Made by a program: the position numbers and the translations under genes. Shown here one piece after another: positions 1-12,225 of a stretch of 64,000 nucleotides of DNA. Within the stretch, counting starts at the first letter, position 1. Each line of letters begins with the position of its first letter. Source of the DNA: Balanoglossus misakiensis (taxonomy: Eukaryota > Animalia > Hemichordata); contig CM082578.2 in NCBI GenBank assembly GCA_040954595.2, forward strand, positions 12,152,520 to 12,216,519, given 5' to 3'. The notes under the pieces were generated by a model. It made no database searches and was not told the DNA's origin. It saw only the letters and a list, made by a program, of their open reading frames with translations.

Positions 1-179
1 TATCTTACATTCTCAGACACTAAGATTTACAGCTAACTCAACCCTCCCTGGGTCTCTACTTGAAGTTAAATCTATTATTTTGGATCTATCTAGAACTGAT
101 CTCAACAAAACCTAGCTAGCATATTTCTCAGGCAGTAGTGTAACTAACATAATCTGACTTTGATTTGCCTACAACTAAC

Positions 180-3100
180 CTTGTCACCAAATTGAAAAAA
201 TCGTCAAATTCCTTCCTCTCTAGCTTTCTGCCTGACTTATTGTGAACACCAAGTTCGTAGGTTATCCTTCTTTTCAATGAGAAAGACAGTGGTGATGCCT
301 AAAATGAGGGACATAACATATACATGTTATTCCTCTACCTCTGTATCTTAACTGGTAAATTTTTGTTTGGCAAATCTCAAAGTTCCAGCTGGCTGGAGAA
401 TTTTCTACCATGATCTCTTGACTCTGCTTCCCTGTGACACACATGAGGTTGCACAGCTGGCCTACTGAGCTATAGGCTCTCAAGGGACGAGTGACTTCAT
501 GGTATGTCCAGTTGACCAACAGCAGGATTGGCCAGTTTTTTGTTCATTGTCAACTAGCCCCCTACCCCCACCCCCTAGACTATCACATTATCAAACAACC
601 AGTAAATACAGCTTCAGTTTCTTATTGCCCATTCTAGCTAGCTAGCCGAGAATTGGGTAGAAGAATTCATCATTCAGATACCTACCGGAATTTCAGGTTT
701 GAATACATAGAATCCATTGAATGCTCGAGTATAGAATAAGTCAGTATGCTTTCCGTTGTCCAGAATTGACAGTGGTATATCTCCAAAAGTCTGAATGTAA
801 AACGCTACAAGATGTTCCTGTGAAGAGATGACAGCTTCGAGTTAATATCCATTCACAAGTTTTCAAAATTATCAAATAGCAGATTTGAGAACATAGGCTT
901 AAAATGGGACAACAAAAAATATTTGATCGATACAGAAATAAAATAAATCATGGACAATCTTAAATAATTCATCTATGAAAAAACATCAACTGAGTCTGAG
1001 ATCTTGACAGGATAGTCATCTGTCAAACTTTATTAAAAATAGGTTTGGGAACTTTGCCTGCAGGGAGCAGCCTTTGCCCAGAGAAATACAGGAATATTTC
1101 TTTCAATGCACTTACTGCTGAGGGTACTGGAAAGAGGTTATGGCCGAGGTACAATTCACTAATAACGACTCCAAGACTCCACATGTCAATGGCAGTGCCA
1201 TAGTCTGTGCCGAATGTTATTTCAGGAGATCTATACGGGTAAGTCTGCATCTCGGCCCCTTTCACCTGTTAGTTGTTAAGAGAAAAAAAACATGCAAGTG
1301 AGTTGAGTCTGTAGAAACCATCTTCACAAAGCTTAAAGCTAAAATTTTTGGACTTAATCTCTGGTACAGCTGTGACTGTAATTATTAAGCACATTAAACT
1401 TCAACGCAGTGGCTATTTTCTCAATCATTTTGGTTTGGGAGTATCAACTGAGGTTTCTTGTTCTACTCTGTAAACCATACAGAACAGCTTTTTTTCAACA
1501 GAACTCTTGTGTTGTCTGTAATTAGCACTGAACATTTCATACGGTTGTCCAAAGTAGAACAAGAAACCGGAGTCTATACATGGGAGACTATTATAAAAAA
1601 AATAGCCAAAAGTTCAAGTTACTAGAAACTTAGGACTGGCAGTCAACTTACGCAATCAGTGGTATGTCGAGAAAGGCCGAAGTCGATGAGTTGGACGTTA
1701 ACCTGTTGCAGCTTTGTGTGCGTCACCATGATGTTGTCCGGTTTGATGTCGCAATGGACGATTCCAACGTCCCGGCTGCTGAGAAACTCCAGCGCTGTCA
1801 GCATCTGCTTGGTTATCTTTCGCACCACGCCAAGGGGCAGTTGGTTGTCTTCCATTTCTTCCAGCAACTCAGTGAGGCTCATGCAATACAGTGGCAAGTT
1901 GATGCACAATGTGCCTTTGTAATAGAACGCCGACTCCATGTCCACTAGAAAAATAATAATAAAACAGGCGATCAGAACAGATAAATATGTCTCACGCTCA
2001 ATCAGTTAAATAAATCAGGTTGAATGTAGTATTCAGTTGGCTTGCATGAGGTATGCACATTGTAACAATCTTGGTGATGTATCTAAAACACACACTTCTG
2101 TCTTTATAGCCACACAATTGACTACTATTTGACAGGCTTCCAACCAATACCTGTAGCCAGCAAGTGTGTGTACAAAACTGCTACAAAATTTCAAATGACT
2201 GTACGTAATTTCATGTAGCCCTGACCGCCTGCCCATCACAAATTGCTACACAGGGCCAATATCAGCAGTGGGTGAATGCATGGCACGATTGATCTGTCTA
2301 GAACAAACACTGGTTAAGGAAGTATCGATAATATCTTTGAAATGATCCTACCTATGTGGATGTTGTGTGCTGGTCTTTTTTCATTTATCCAATGAAGTAC
2401 TTCCGCTTCTCTTCTCAGAAGTTTGTTCTCTCGTTTCGTTTTCTGCAGCTGAACGAACTTCAGCGCTCTCTCAGTCTTTGTTTTCAGATCCAATACTTTG
2501 ACAACCTGCGAAAAATCACGCCAGTGTACAGTTGTTGTATTGACAGTATAAAAATAACAACACAATATTCTTCTATGGTCATTTACAAACACCCATGCCA
2601 AATAAAATTATATTCAGTGGCGAATATATTTTTATACGGTCACAGTGCTCAATTTTAAAGAAAAAACATGCTGACTTGCCAAGATTTGTCTGAGATTTGA
2701 ATAAAATTCAGCATACTCACCACTCCATAACTCCCATATCCGAGTACATCAATTACTTCGTATTTATTCAGGTATATGGTACCCGTCTCGCAGTCTATCT
2801 TCTTCCTCCGTTGGGCAAATGTTACAGACGTTGCCGCTAATATTTCTGGTGACGGGAGCTTGATGGCTTTGACCGCATCACCGCCAATCCCTGCGACTAA
2901 CCCTGGTTTCGGAGCAGGGGGTTTACGAGTTGCAGCAGGTGGTTTCAAGGGTGCAGCCCCCTGATTGGTGGCAGTATCACCTCTTGAATCTGGCTTTATA
3001 CCAGTTTCATTCCGGTCAGATGCCTGCAAGACACAGTGGAAATAAGTTTTCAGTCTTTTCTGTGTAAACTCTGTATGATTGTACATGTATTGTGTAATAT

Positions 3101-3939
3101 CAATCAAGTAATGGTTTGACCTCTGACTTGTCATCTTATTAAAATCACTTTGATTTTTTTATTATTTTAGCAAATGATGAATTTTCCAGAAACTCTCCAC
3201 ACACTTATTACATGTTCTCCTGTGTACATTTCATACAGTATCTAAAATCTAAAACTCTCTATACACAAACTACTGGCACTATGGGCAGTTCTAGTTTACC
3301 TTCAAAACTCCATTGGCTGGAGACTGAACAACATTTAAATCCTTCAGTTCAATGACCTCAGGAACTTTTCCTGGGGATCCTGTGTGGGGAAAAAGAACAG
3401 GACAAGATCATTCACCTGCCACTGACAGCATTGTACTTTCGACTGTTCTGAAAAGCAGTGTCCCTGAAAGGATTACTTATAGAATTGCTAGCAAAGGTAA
3501 AGTAAACGATCAAACCAACCCTACATCTGATTTTAATCAGATTGGCATCACCAGTGACCCGTGAAACAAAATGATAATCACAGAAAAAAATGGATTTGAT
3601 TCAAAAATCGGTAAAAATCATCCAGGGGGACCATTATTCGACAAATTGTACAGGTTTGCCAGCCGCAAATATACAGGTTCCGTTTGCAAGTCAAAACCCA
3701 GTATCCGAACCAAAGAAATATAACCAAATATAAATAAAGACAGTTGACAACGTTAGAAACAATAGAAAGAAGCAGCAAACTGATTCCTCGTTCGGCCTGG
3801 ATCGAAATTTTTTTTTACGTTTGAGGTCTCGGTGTAACAGCGCCAGCGATCACCAGAACTCGCATTCGGAATCAAAAAGTTTCAAGTGATACATGTTTAC
3901 TTTACACTTACTCTTGAGGTCTTTTCCGGTGATCTCCAT
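180..3939 (-). CDS. Divergent CMGC Ser/Thr kinase, DYRK/HIPK-like (3'-partial, continues off the left edge)
   Basis: Exons (minus): 3939-3912, 3379-3300, 3023-2721, 2505-2352, 1944-1652, 1265-~1089, 790-686, 298-180. Motifs: LGYGSYGVV (G-loop), RALK, RREAEVL (alphaC), VHCDIKPDNIM, IDFG, QTYPYRSPE, DMWSLG, TFGDIP (subdomain X), EFDDFFNLVT (XI). All junctions are phase-compatible GT-AG except the one at ~1089 (see findings). Confidence 0.85.
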
Positions 3940-5480
3940 CGTGATGAACAGCTTTTCGTCGAAAATACAAAGTTTTAAAGAAAAGATTTTCTGGTAGCAG
4001 TGTCGTAAAGGTGAGCACTACATGCAGTCGCAAGTGAACTTCGATTGTGTTTATGGCACAACATTCGATGACTATGGAAACAGAACGCGGCCGCTGCGTC
4101 GCGTTGCCAAGTGACGGTGCGTTGCGCGGTTTGTCTCTGTTGCCATGTATCGTCGCGTCGCGATATACGCGTTCGATCCGTCTTCTGCCAACTTCTGGAA
4201 GGCATCGCACTATGACCTTCCCTGTCATCCTCTTCGGATGGAAAGTGACATGCGAATATTGTCTATGTTGTGATCCGACAATAAAACTGATGACTTTCTC
4301 AGACAATTTCAAGCAACACCAGTAAATAAACGTTCACTGTCTGGACAAGCAATCGCATCAAAAGACAAAACCTACGAACATGAACAATGTCTAGACCAAG
4401 TGTTGGTCCGGAAATTCCCAAAATCAGATGATTTTCAAAGCCAGAACACAACGTCTTGATTGATATAAAACAAATATGTTGGTTAAGACCACAGACTGAC
4501 CGAACATTATTACGAAAAGAAAGAATTTGGGTGCCAACTTTGATTCAAAACTTACCAGTGACAACAGGGCAGTGCATGCAGTGTGATGTGTACTGCACTG
4601 TACACCGCGGTACGTACAGTGAGCAAGATGATCTTTCTTACTTACTATCCTGCATCATTCTGAACTATAATGTCACGTAGTTTTCCGTTCAACGATACTC
4701 CATAATCTCCCTCGCGAAATCCCACAATCGTAAACGGCAAATGATGCGTCCAATCGGGGCCGAAACCCGGCGTTCAAGACCTCAAATTTGTAAATTTCGC
4801 GCGTTGTGGTCAAATAATCAGACGACAACACTTGACGACAACATCATTTGACATGCGCAATCATTTGTGCGCAAATGATAAAGTCCCTGGTAACTAGGTA
4901 ACGTTTGAGGTAAAACACTATGCACAACCCGGGGCCCCCGGGGGCGGGGAGGGGCAACAATATATGAGTTAAACTTACCGTCACGATCACCCTTAGTCAT
5001 GTTAGTCGTAGGCTTAGATTTCTTCATTGATATAAATCACTTGCCGTATGCGACGACACAAGAAAAGTTATTGGTGAAAGTATCATGCGATGATGACACG
5101 AGAAAAAAGTTTTCCGTCAATACGAGTACACGCTAGCTAGTCGGGAACAGTGTTGCGGCGATGAATGTATCAGTGCAACTGATGTGTTTACGCATCACAA
5201 CATTCGACATCCATAGCGACTGGAACTCGGCTGCCATTGGCAACAGGATCGCAGAACTCTGTCGGACGCGCACACCCATCACAACAGACCCGCGCCCCGT
5301 ACGGGGGGGGGGGGCGGGGGGGGGGTTCTACAACGAGGCCTAACTGTGTCCGGGCGACCCAAATATGCTTTGCAAGATTTTTACACGAGACAGGCTTTTC
5401 AATAAAACGTAGGATATATTTTTTCTAGTTTCGTCTAACTTGAGAAATACATTGTAAGTGCATGCACGGTGCATGTAAGT

Positions 5481-5498
5481 TTCTAGAAACTTCTAGAA
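5481..5498. promoter_or_regulatory. Perfect 4-unit heat-shock element (TTCnnGAAnnTTCnnGAA)
   Basis: ttctagaaacttctagaa, inside a larger imperfect inverted repeat (catgtaagtt...aacttacatg, 5472-5506) between the divergent kinase and RAD54L2 5' ends. Confidence 0.6.
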
Positions 5499-5659
5499 CT
5501 TACATGTGACGTTCGTACACGCCTGCACTAAATAATTAAACACTCCAAAACATTTCTGTCTTTTTTTTCATGTAAAGCATTTCTGCCAATGTTGATACCA
5601 TGTCGAGATAAATAAGGAAATCCCCAAATTGTGATATGCAAATATAATGTAGGTTGCAT

Positions 5660-6060
5660 AACTTGACTGACTCATCGGGACAGTGACCTCGATTTACTTA
5701 CCCACAATGCCATGCGGTGGGACACTTCCGTTATTAAATCAACACGGACGGAGCCGGAGTGACCGAAGTGGACAGGAAGTCGATCCCACGTTTAGAAATC
5801 GCTGCCGGCCCTGAAACACGGACGACGCAATCGTATGGATCGAGGCTTTGGAAGGGTTATCACAGGGAAGACAAACGAGGTCAGTTCAGCTAAAAGGAAA
5901 CGTCGGCAAACAAGTGACACCCGCGATTCCTACAGCACGTAGCACGTTACACAACACGGGGGCCAGTGAGTCATTCAGCACCTCCGTACATTCATGTTTA
6001 CGTAAAAACGATCGTGTCGCTCCGACGGAAGGTCGATCGCGGAATTCCACCTTGCGGTAA
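5660..6060 (+). promoter_or_regulatory. Putative RAD54L2 promoter and non-coding first exon
   Basis: CpG-rich stretch with AP-1 tgactca (5668), ZNF143/Staf-type tacccacaatgccatgcg (5699-5716), ETS cores cacttccg (5723) and caggaagt (~5773), and a splice donor gcg|gtaagc at ~6056. Confidence 0.55.
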
Positions 6061-7890
6061 GCACTAGATCCCTTTCTATCAAACCAAAGTATCATTTTTC
6101 GCTTTAACCAATTAGAACACATACGTGGGGAGTGTTTAATATTCGTATGTGTGTCATTGTCAAGACAAAAGATACCACTGTACGCCGCTGTTTGGCCTGA
6201 TCTCCGTCCGTGATCTTCGTGACTCGAACATCATCCTGTCCCTTTCAAATTGCCAGCACAATTTGTCGTTTTCTCTGTTGCATTTTCGTCGATAAAGGTG
6301 TACAATCAGGTCATCGGGCTAGCCAGAGACCGCAACACCAGTGTAATACACAATGTTATAAAACGAACTAGTATGATTAAATGTCACATGACGTTGAGGT
6401 CAGTAGCTTCAGTTGCCTTCTCAGGCGAGAAAGAGGGGGATTCCCTTGGTGTCACAAGGGGAATCACGCTCAGATTCGTAGAATAGTCATGACGAATCCA
6501 TTGTCTCGTACCAAATAAGTCAAATAAAAACAAATAACAGTAGCAAAGGGCAACTAAATGTTTCACTTTTCATACTTCTCCTAGTTTTATGTCTGAGAAG
6601 TTTAAAAATTAATTTTGGCCAAGGCTGAGCATGGACTGAAACAAGCATCTGTAGCCCCATTTTCATTTTCATTTTCAGTCATTTTCATGGAAGTAGGGGA
6701 AAATTGAATTTCATTGGAATGTCAAGCATTACGAATCTCTACCTGTGTTTCCAAGAATCTATACAGACGGACAGGTGAAGGGAACATGTAGTTGTTGGGT
6801 ACAAATGTAGGTGTAATAGTAATACAGATGTTCCAGTACACCTGTGCCCCTTGGCCGTAAAACGATGTCGCTTGCATGTTGGAGATGTAAGTTCCCCTTA
6901 CCAGAGTGGAATCCCCATAAATATTCTGGCAAAGGGGGGAATTTCTGGGAAAACGTCAATATCCTGTGCGGTTACATAATTGATGACACAGAATTGAATG
7001 AGTCAGTCAAACATCCATGGAAATCATTTGCATATACATTAAAACTCAAACTGATATCACAAAGAGAGAAAAGGGAAATTAGTGTGTTTTTGTCTATTGC
7101 CAGTATTGGTATATATAATAACATTGTAAGTTCAACATCATATCTACTCAAAACATACATTTATCAGGCTGTACAGTGTGTTGTGTATCTCTTGATTCGG
7201 GGCCGGATACTGCCATTTCCTGGATGTATTCTTTGTCTCTGTCTGTCTGACTGTCTGTCTGTAATTCTGTGTGTATCTGTTTATTTGCCTGTTTCTCTCT
7301 CCCCCCCCCCCACCTCTGCCATAGTTCAAAGCATGGAGGGATGCAGTAGTCACGAGACATTACATAAAATAAGTCATTTGACTCGCGCAAATGTACATGT
7401 GTATGAACCCATACGATAAGGTCATGTTATGAAAGCTATTTTCTATTCATGGCTGGCATACAAAGGTTACTTATGTAATGCAGACACACTTGGAAGGTTT
7501 TTCCATGGGAAGAGAGAGAGTTTGGGATGCAAAATACATGCCATTTTAGTTTACCTTGCAAACTCAAACTTGTAAATCAAGTACATTCATAACTGTACAT
7601 GTATGTCAATCATATACACTGTAAGAACGATATTTCTGATTAGCAATCAACTGACCAGGTGCTTGGCCAGATGTTCTGGAACCCAAGCTAATCACTGGTA
7701 CATGTATTGCATAAACAGTATAACTGTATTTGATTCACACTGGTTTGTGAGGTAAACTGAAATTCCCCGTCAGAAATATAGCATACATGACTGATATCCA
7801 ATTGGACCTGTTGACTATTTTTTTTTTCTGTTTTCACAGATTCTCGTGTGAGTAAGAATTGTGAGTGTTAAAGCCTGTGTACCGTGCAAA

Positions 7891-10800
7891 ATGGAAGTCG
7901 ATACATTTATGTTCAGTGACTCTGATGGGGAGGAATTCTTGCCCGAGGGACTGCAGAGTGACATCTCAAACATTTCGGTCTCTTCCTCATCCTCATCGGT
8001 GTCGTCCGCGCAATCGTCGCCCCGACGGGCGTTGTCCACGCCATCCCCGAACATTATCAGTGAAGTGTCATCATCCAGCCAGCCGCCCACTCTGTGGCAG
8101 GGTGGACTGGACTTTGTCGATGAAATACCCGAGAACAGTAACGCCGCTACTTCGGTGTCGGCAGAGGACGTTGCCGTCGCGCCGGGGACATCCCAGGGCG
8201 ACGATGATGTCGCAAAAACTATGTCATCGGCCTTTGTGAGCATTCCGAAAGATCTGATGTCGGACTCCGAGGACAGAGATGCGGAGGAGACAAAGAAGGC
8301 CAAGAAGAAAGTGAGGAAAAAGCGGAAGAGCGACGAGGGGGCAACCAAGGAAGGCGGCAAAAAGAAGAGGAAAAAGAAAAGCAATGACGGTGGCATTGAT
8401 GGAAAAGTCAAAGAAAAGAAAAAGAAGAAAAATAAACCAGCAAATAAAAGAAGGAATATCAAGTGAGTAGCAAAGATCAACCCATTCAACCCAGCTCAGA
8501 TGACATCACAGGTCACCAATGGGTCAGAGTGCCAATGGTTAAAGTTCATATGCCAATTTACGTATTACAAACACACACACACACCTCTAGATTCATCATA
8601 GCGAATTGTCTTTCTTTTTTGCAGGAAACTGTTGACAGAAGATAAACTGACGGCCGACACGCTGGCCGCACAGCTGCAGGAGGAGCAGCGAAAACAGCGA
8701 CTGATTGAGTTGCAGAAGTCGCGAGAAGTGGCGCAGAGCACCACAGTGACAGTTCCCACACCCAGTGCATCGTATCTGAATGCCCTGCTAGGTAAAATCT
8801 CAGCCGCACGCACATTCCTGATATCTAAATATTTATTTTTTTTGGAAAAGGAAATGAAATAGAGATAGGGATTGACGAGAAAGAGAAAACCCTCGCAAAA
8901 TTAGGACCTACTGCCCACTAGATATAATGTAATGGTGATGACAGCATGGACAAGCAAAAGTAAAAGGCATGTTTATCTATTTGCAGATAAGCAAACTGAG
9001 CGGCAGGTTCCTGAGCCAGTCGTCCACAGACAAGAGTTGCAGTGGAAATGTAAATATTTAGCGTTTTAGGAAAAAGAAATGAAACATCGACATTGATTGA
9101 CGAGTTAGAGAAAACCCTAGAAAAATTTTGACCAAAAAACAAAACAAAACTGCCCACTAGGTCACTAGATATAATATAATTCTGACGACAGCACAGAAAA
9201 GCAATAATAAAAGGCATGTATATCCATTTCCAGATAAGCCAACTGAGACAATCGTCGTCCACAGACAGGAATCCCAGGCACGAGTGACCAACAACATACC
9301 GGCGCCAAGGTCCATGATAGACAGCAGGATGGGCGGGTCAGCAGAACCAGAATGCATTGTGCTGGACACAAGCAGCGGCAGTGATGAAGACCGCATCAAG
9401 AAACAGCTGACAGTGAAGAAACAGACAGGTAAGGTTAACTGTAATACTGAGTGTCATTCATTGAACAGTTATCTAGAACGTAGCCGTTTGTACAAGCTAC
9501 TAACTAAAGCATTGAAGCATTACTAGCACTGTCGATCCCAACTCAAAGGCAACCTTCCGTTTCAAGGACAGGAAATGGGACTCCCACGCCCAGAGCAGAA
9601 TGACTTCCTGTTGTCTGGCTGTGCATGCAGTCATTAGTTGTTATGTGATTCTGCCTCTCACTGCGCAACATGCATTTCAATTACATGTATTTCTTTGAAA
9701 TTATTACACACAATCCCTTTTTACATGTTGATTCCAGTGTTCATCCTTATTCCTAATTTCATAGTTTCAAGTTTTTTTCAAACAGTTCTACCTCAATATT
9801 TTACATCTAAAAATAAATATGTGTGTTCACATGGATGGTCCATTTAACTGTTGTGGTGATTTGAAGGTCATCTGTTGAAATTAAATTTGTGTTTATTTTG
9901 AGAGTAAGTGAGAACATTTGCGTGTAGGTTATTATTGACTGTATGTCACTCTACCAAATCCTGATGTTCTTGTTTGCTCCTCTATAGATGTGATTGAGAT
10001 TCTCAGTTCAGATGATGACGTGGTCGTTGCCAGTGAAAGCAGTGACAGTGAAGCCGATGATGGTGATCTGGACAACAGCGGCCAGCACACGAACGATGAG
10101 ATGAACCAGCCTGACGCGCTGGGCAGAGTGTTGGTCAACATCAACCACCCGCCGAAAGAAGACGACATTTTCCTGCCTCCGCAGCTGGCGAAAGCTGTCA
10201 AACCGCATCAGGTATGTGCATGTGACAATGTCCAACAAAATATTTTTAATAAAGTTTGACAGGGAGTGGAATAATGTTAATGAAGCGTTCAGTGGTTGAA
10301 GTTCAACTGTTGATTCACTCAAATGCTAATAATTCCCATTGCGTGTATCTGTCGGCAGATCGGAGGTATTCGTTTCCTCTACGACAATCTGGTGGAATCT
10401 CTCCAGCGTTACAAGAGCTCCAATGGCTTTGGCTGCATCCTGGCACACAGCATGGGTCTGGGCAAGACGCTTCAGGTGATATCGTTCGTCGACATCTTCC
10501 TGCGCCACACCACGGCCCAGCACGTGCTGTGCATCGTGCCCATCAACACCCTGCAAAACTGGGTGGCCGAGTTTGACATGTGGCTGCCCATGCGGGAGGA
10601 CACGTCGCCCGAGGACGGCGATAACCCCCCTGGTGGTGTTCAGTACAGGGAGTTCAGCGTGCACATAATCAACGACAATCACAAAACGACGGCCGCAAGA
10701 GCTAAAGCCATCGGTGAGTGGCCATCCGCATTCGATTTCCTCAGAGATTTGTTATATCGCAGATTATAATCATCGTTCAGTCAGCCTTCGTAAAGCCCGC

Positions 10801-12180
10801 AGTGCTCTAAGGTGCATGTGACCTTCAATAACCCGAGGTGAATTTGACCTTGGAATAATTTTTGTTTGTTGGCGTTACAGCTGAGTGGCAATCAACTGGC
10901 GGAGTGTTGCTGATGGGCTATGAAATGTACAGGCTGCTAACATTGAAGAAGTTCACCGGGTCGCGGAGGAAAAAGAAAAACTCTGATCCCAAAGCCCAAA
11001 TGGTGATTGATCTTGAAGAAGAAGACAAAAAAGCTGCCATGGCATCAGGTACATGTATACTTTAATTTTCAGTGCGTAAAAGTGTAGACTATGTCATTGT
11101 TGTTGGTATATGAATTTAAGGGTTGAATAATCAGCTTTCATGATCAATAATTTAATATGGTTCAGTGGTAGAAAAACACTAATGTCTGGTAACAAAAAAG
11201 CTCTCTAAAATTAAAGTCTCCCTGAAATGATTAATCTTTTTTGAACATTACATTGTAATAGTAATTATATTCTCTTGTGAATAACAGCAATCATGAAAGC
11301 ACTGATCCAGCCAGGACCCGACTTGGTCGTCTGCGATGAAGGTCACAGAATAAAGAACACCCATGCCAGTATTTCACAGACGTTGAAGAACATCCACACA
11401 AGGTAAGGGGACTGGAGATAAATCATTATGAAGATGAACTGTCGTTAATTCTAAAAAATAATCCCTATTCTGATGTTGATACTGTTTTGACACTTTTTTT
11501 TTTCTCGTCTCAGGCGTAGAGTCGTTCTAACTGGTTACCCACTGCAGAACAACCTGCTCGAGTACTGGTGCATGGTGGACTTTGTACGACCCAACTTCCT
11601 CGGCACGAAGGCAGAGTTCTGTAACTTGTTTGAAAGGCCGATTATGAACGGGCAGTGCATAGACAGTACACCCAAGGTAAATGAGTGGGGTTACTTACAG
11701 AAAGATGATCGGTGCAAGTCTTGTTGTTTGCAAGTAAAGCTGAGAATCTCTGGTCTTTACCATTTCATCTGGACATAACTGACAACTCTCTGCCCCGTAA
11801 ATTGCATGAAGAATTGTTGGAAAAATCTGAGAATTTTACTCTGAAAGTCATTGGTAAGGTTCACAGATTTTAGTGTTGCTGACTATGTTTTCTTTTCTTT
11901 TTTTCTCTCTTTCATCGTCTTTCAGGACGTCAAAATGATGCAATTCCGGGCCCACATTCTGCACAGCCTGTTGGAAGGGTTTGTACAGCGCCGCAGTCAC
12001 TCCGTCCTGCACAGAACACTGCCGGAGAAGGAGGAACATGTGGTACTCATCCGTCTGACGCCCATACAGAATGTGCTGTATCATCAGTTCATGCATTATT
12101 TCAAGGAGAGTGGTTCTTCGGGATGGTGCTCAACGAATCCCATCAAAGCTTTCTCTGTGTGTTGCAAGGTATGTGTAAAG

Positions 12181-12225
<45 letters not shown>

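Noticed and set aside
4750-4790. GC-rich stem with a gttcaag box, tRNA-like at first sight
   Set aside because: No cloverleaf and no A-box at the proper spacing.
6844-7419. 191-aa plus-strand ORF
   Set aside because: Lies in the RAD54L2 5' intron, runs through a (TCTG)n repeat and a C run, and has no recognisable domain.
7815-8489. 224-aa Phe/Ser-rich minus-strand ORF
   Set aside because: Antisense shadow of the Lys/Glu-rich first coding exon of RAD54L2.
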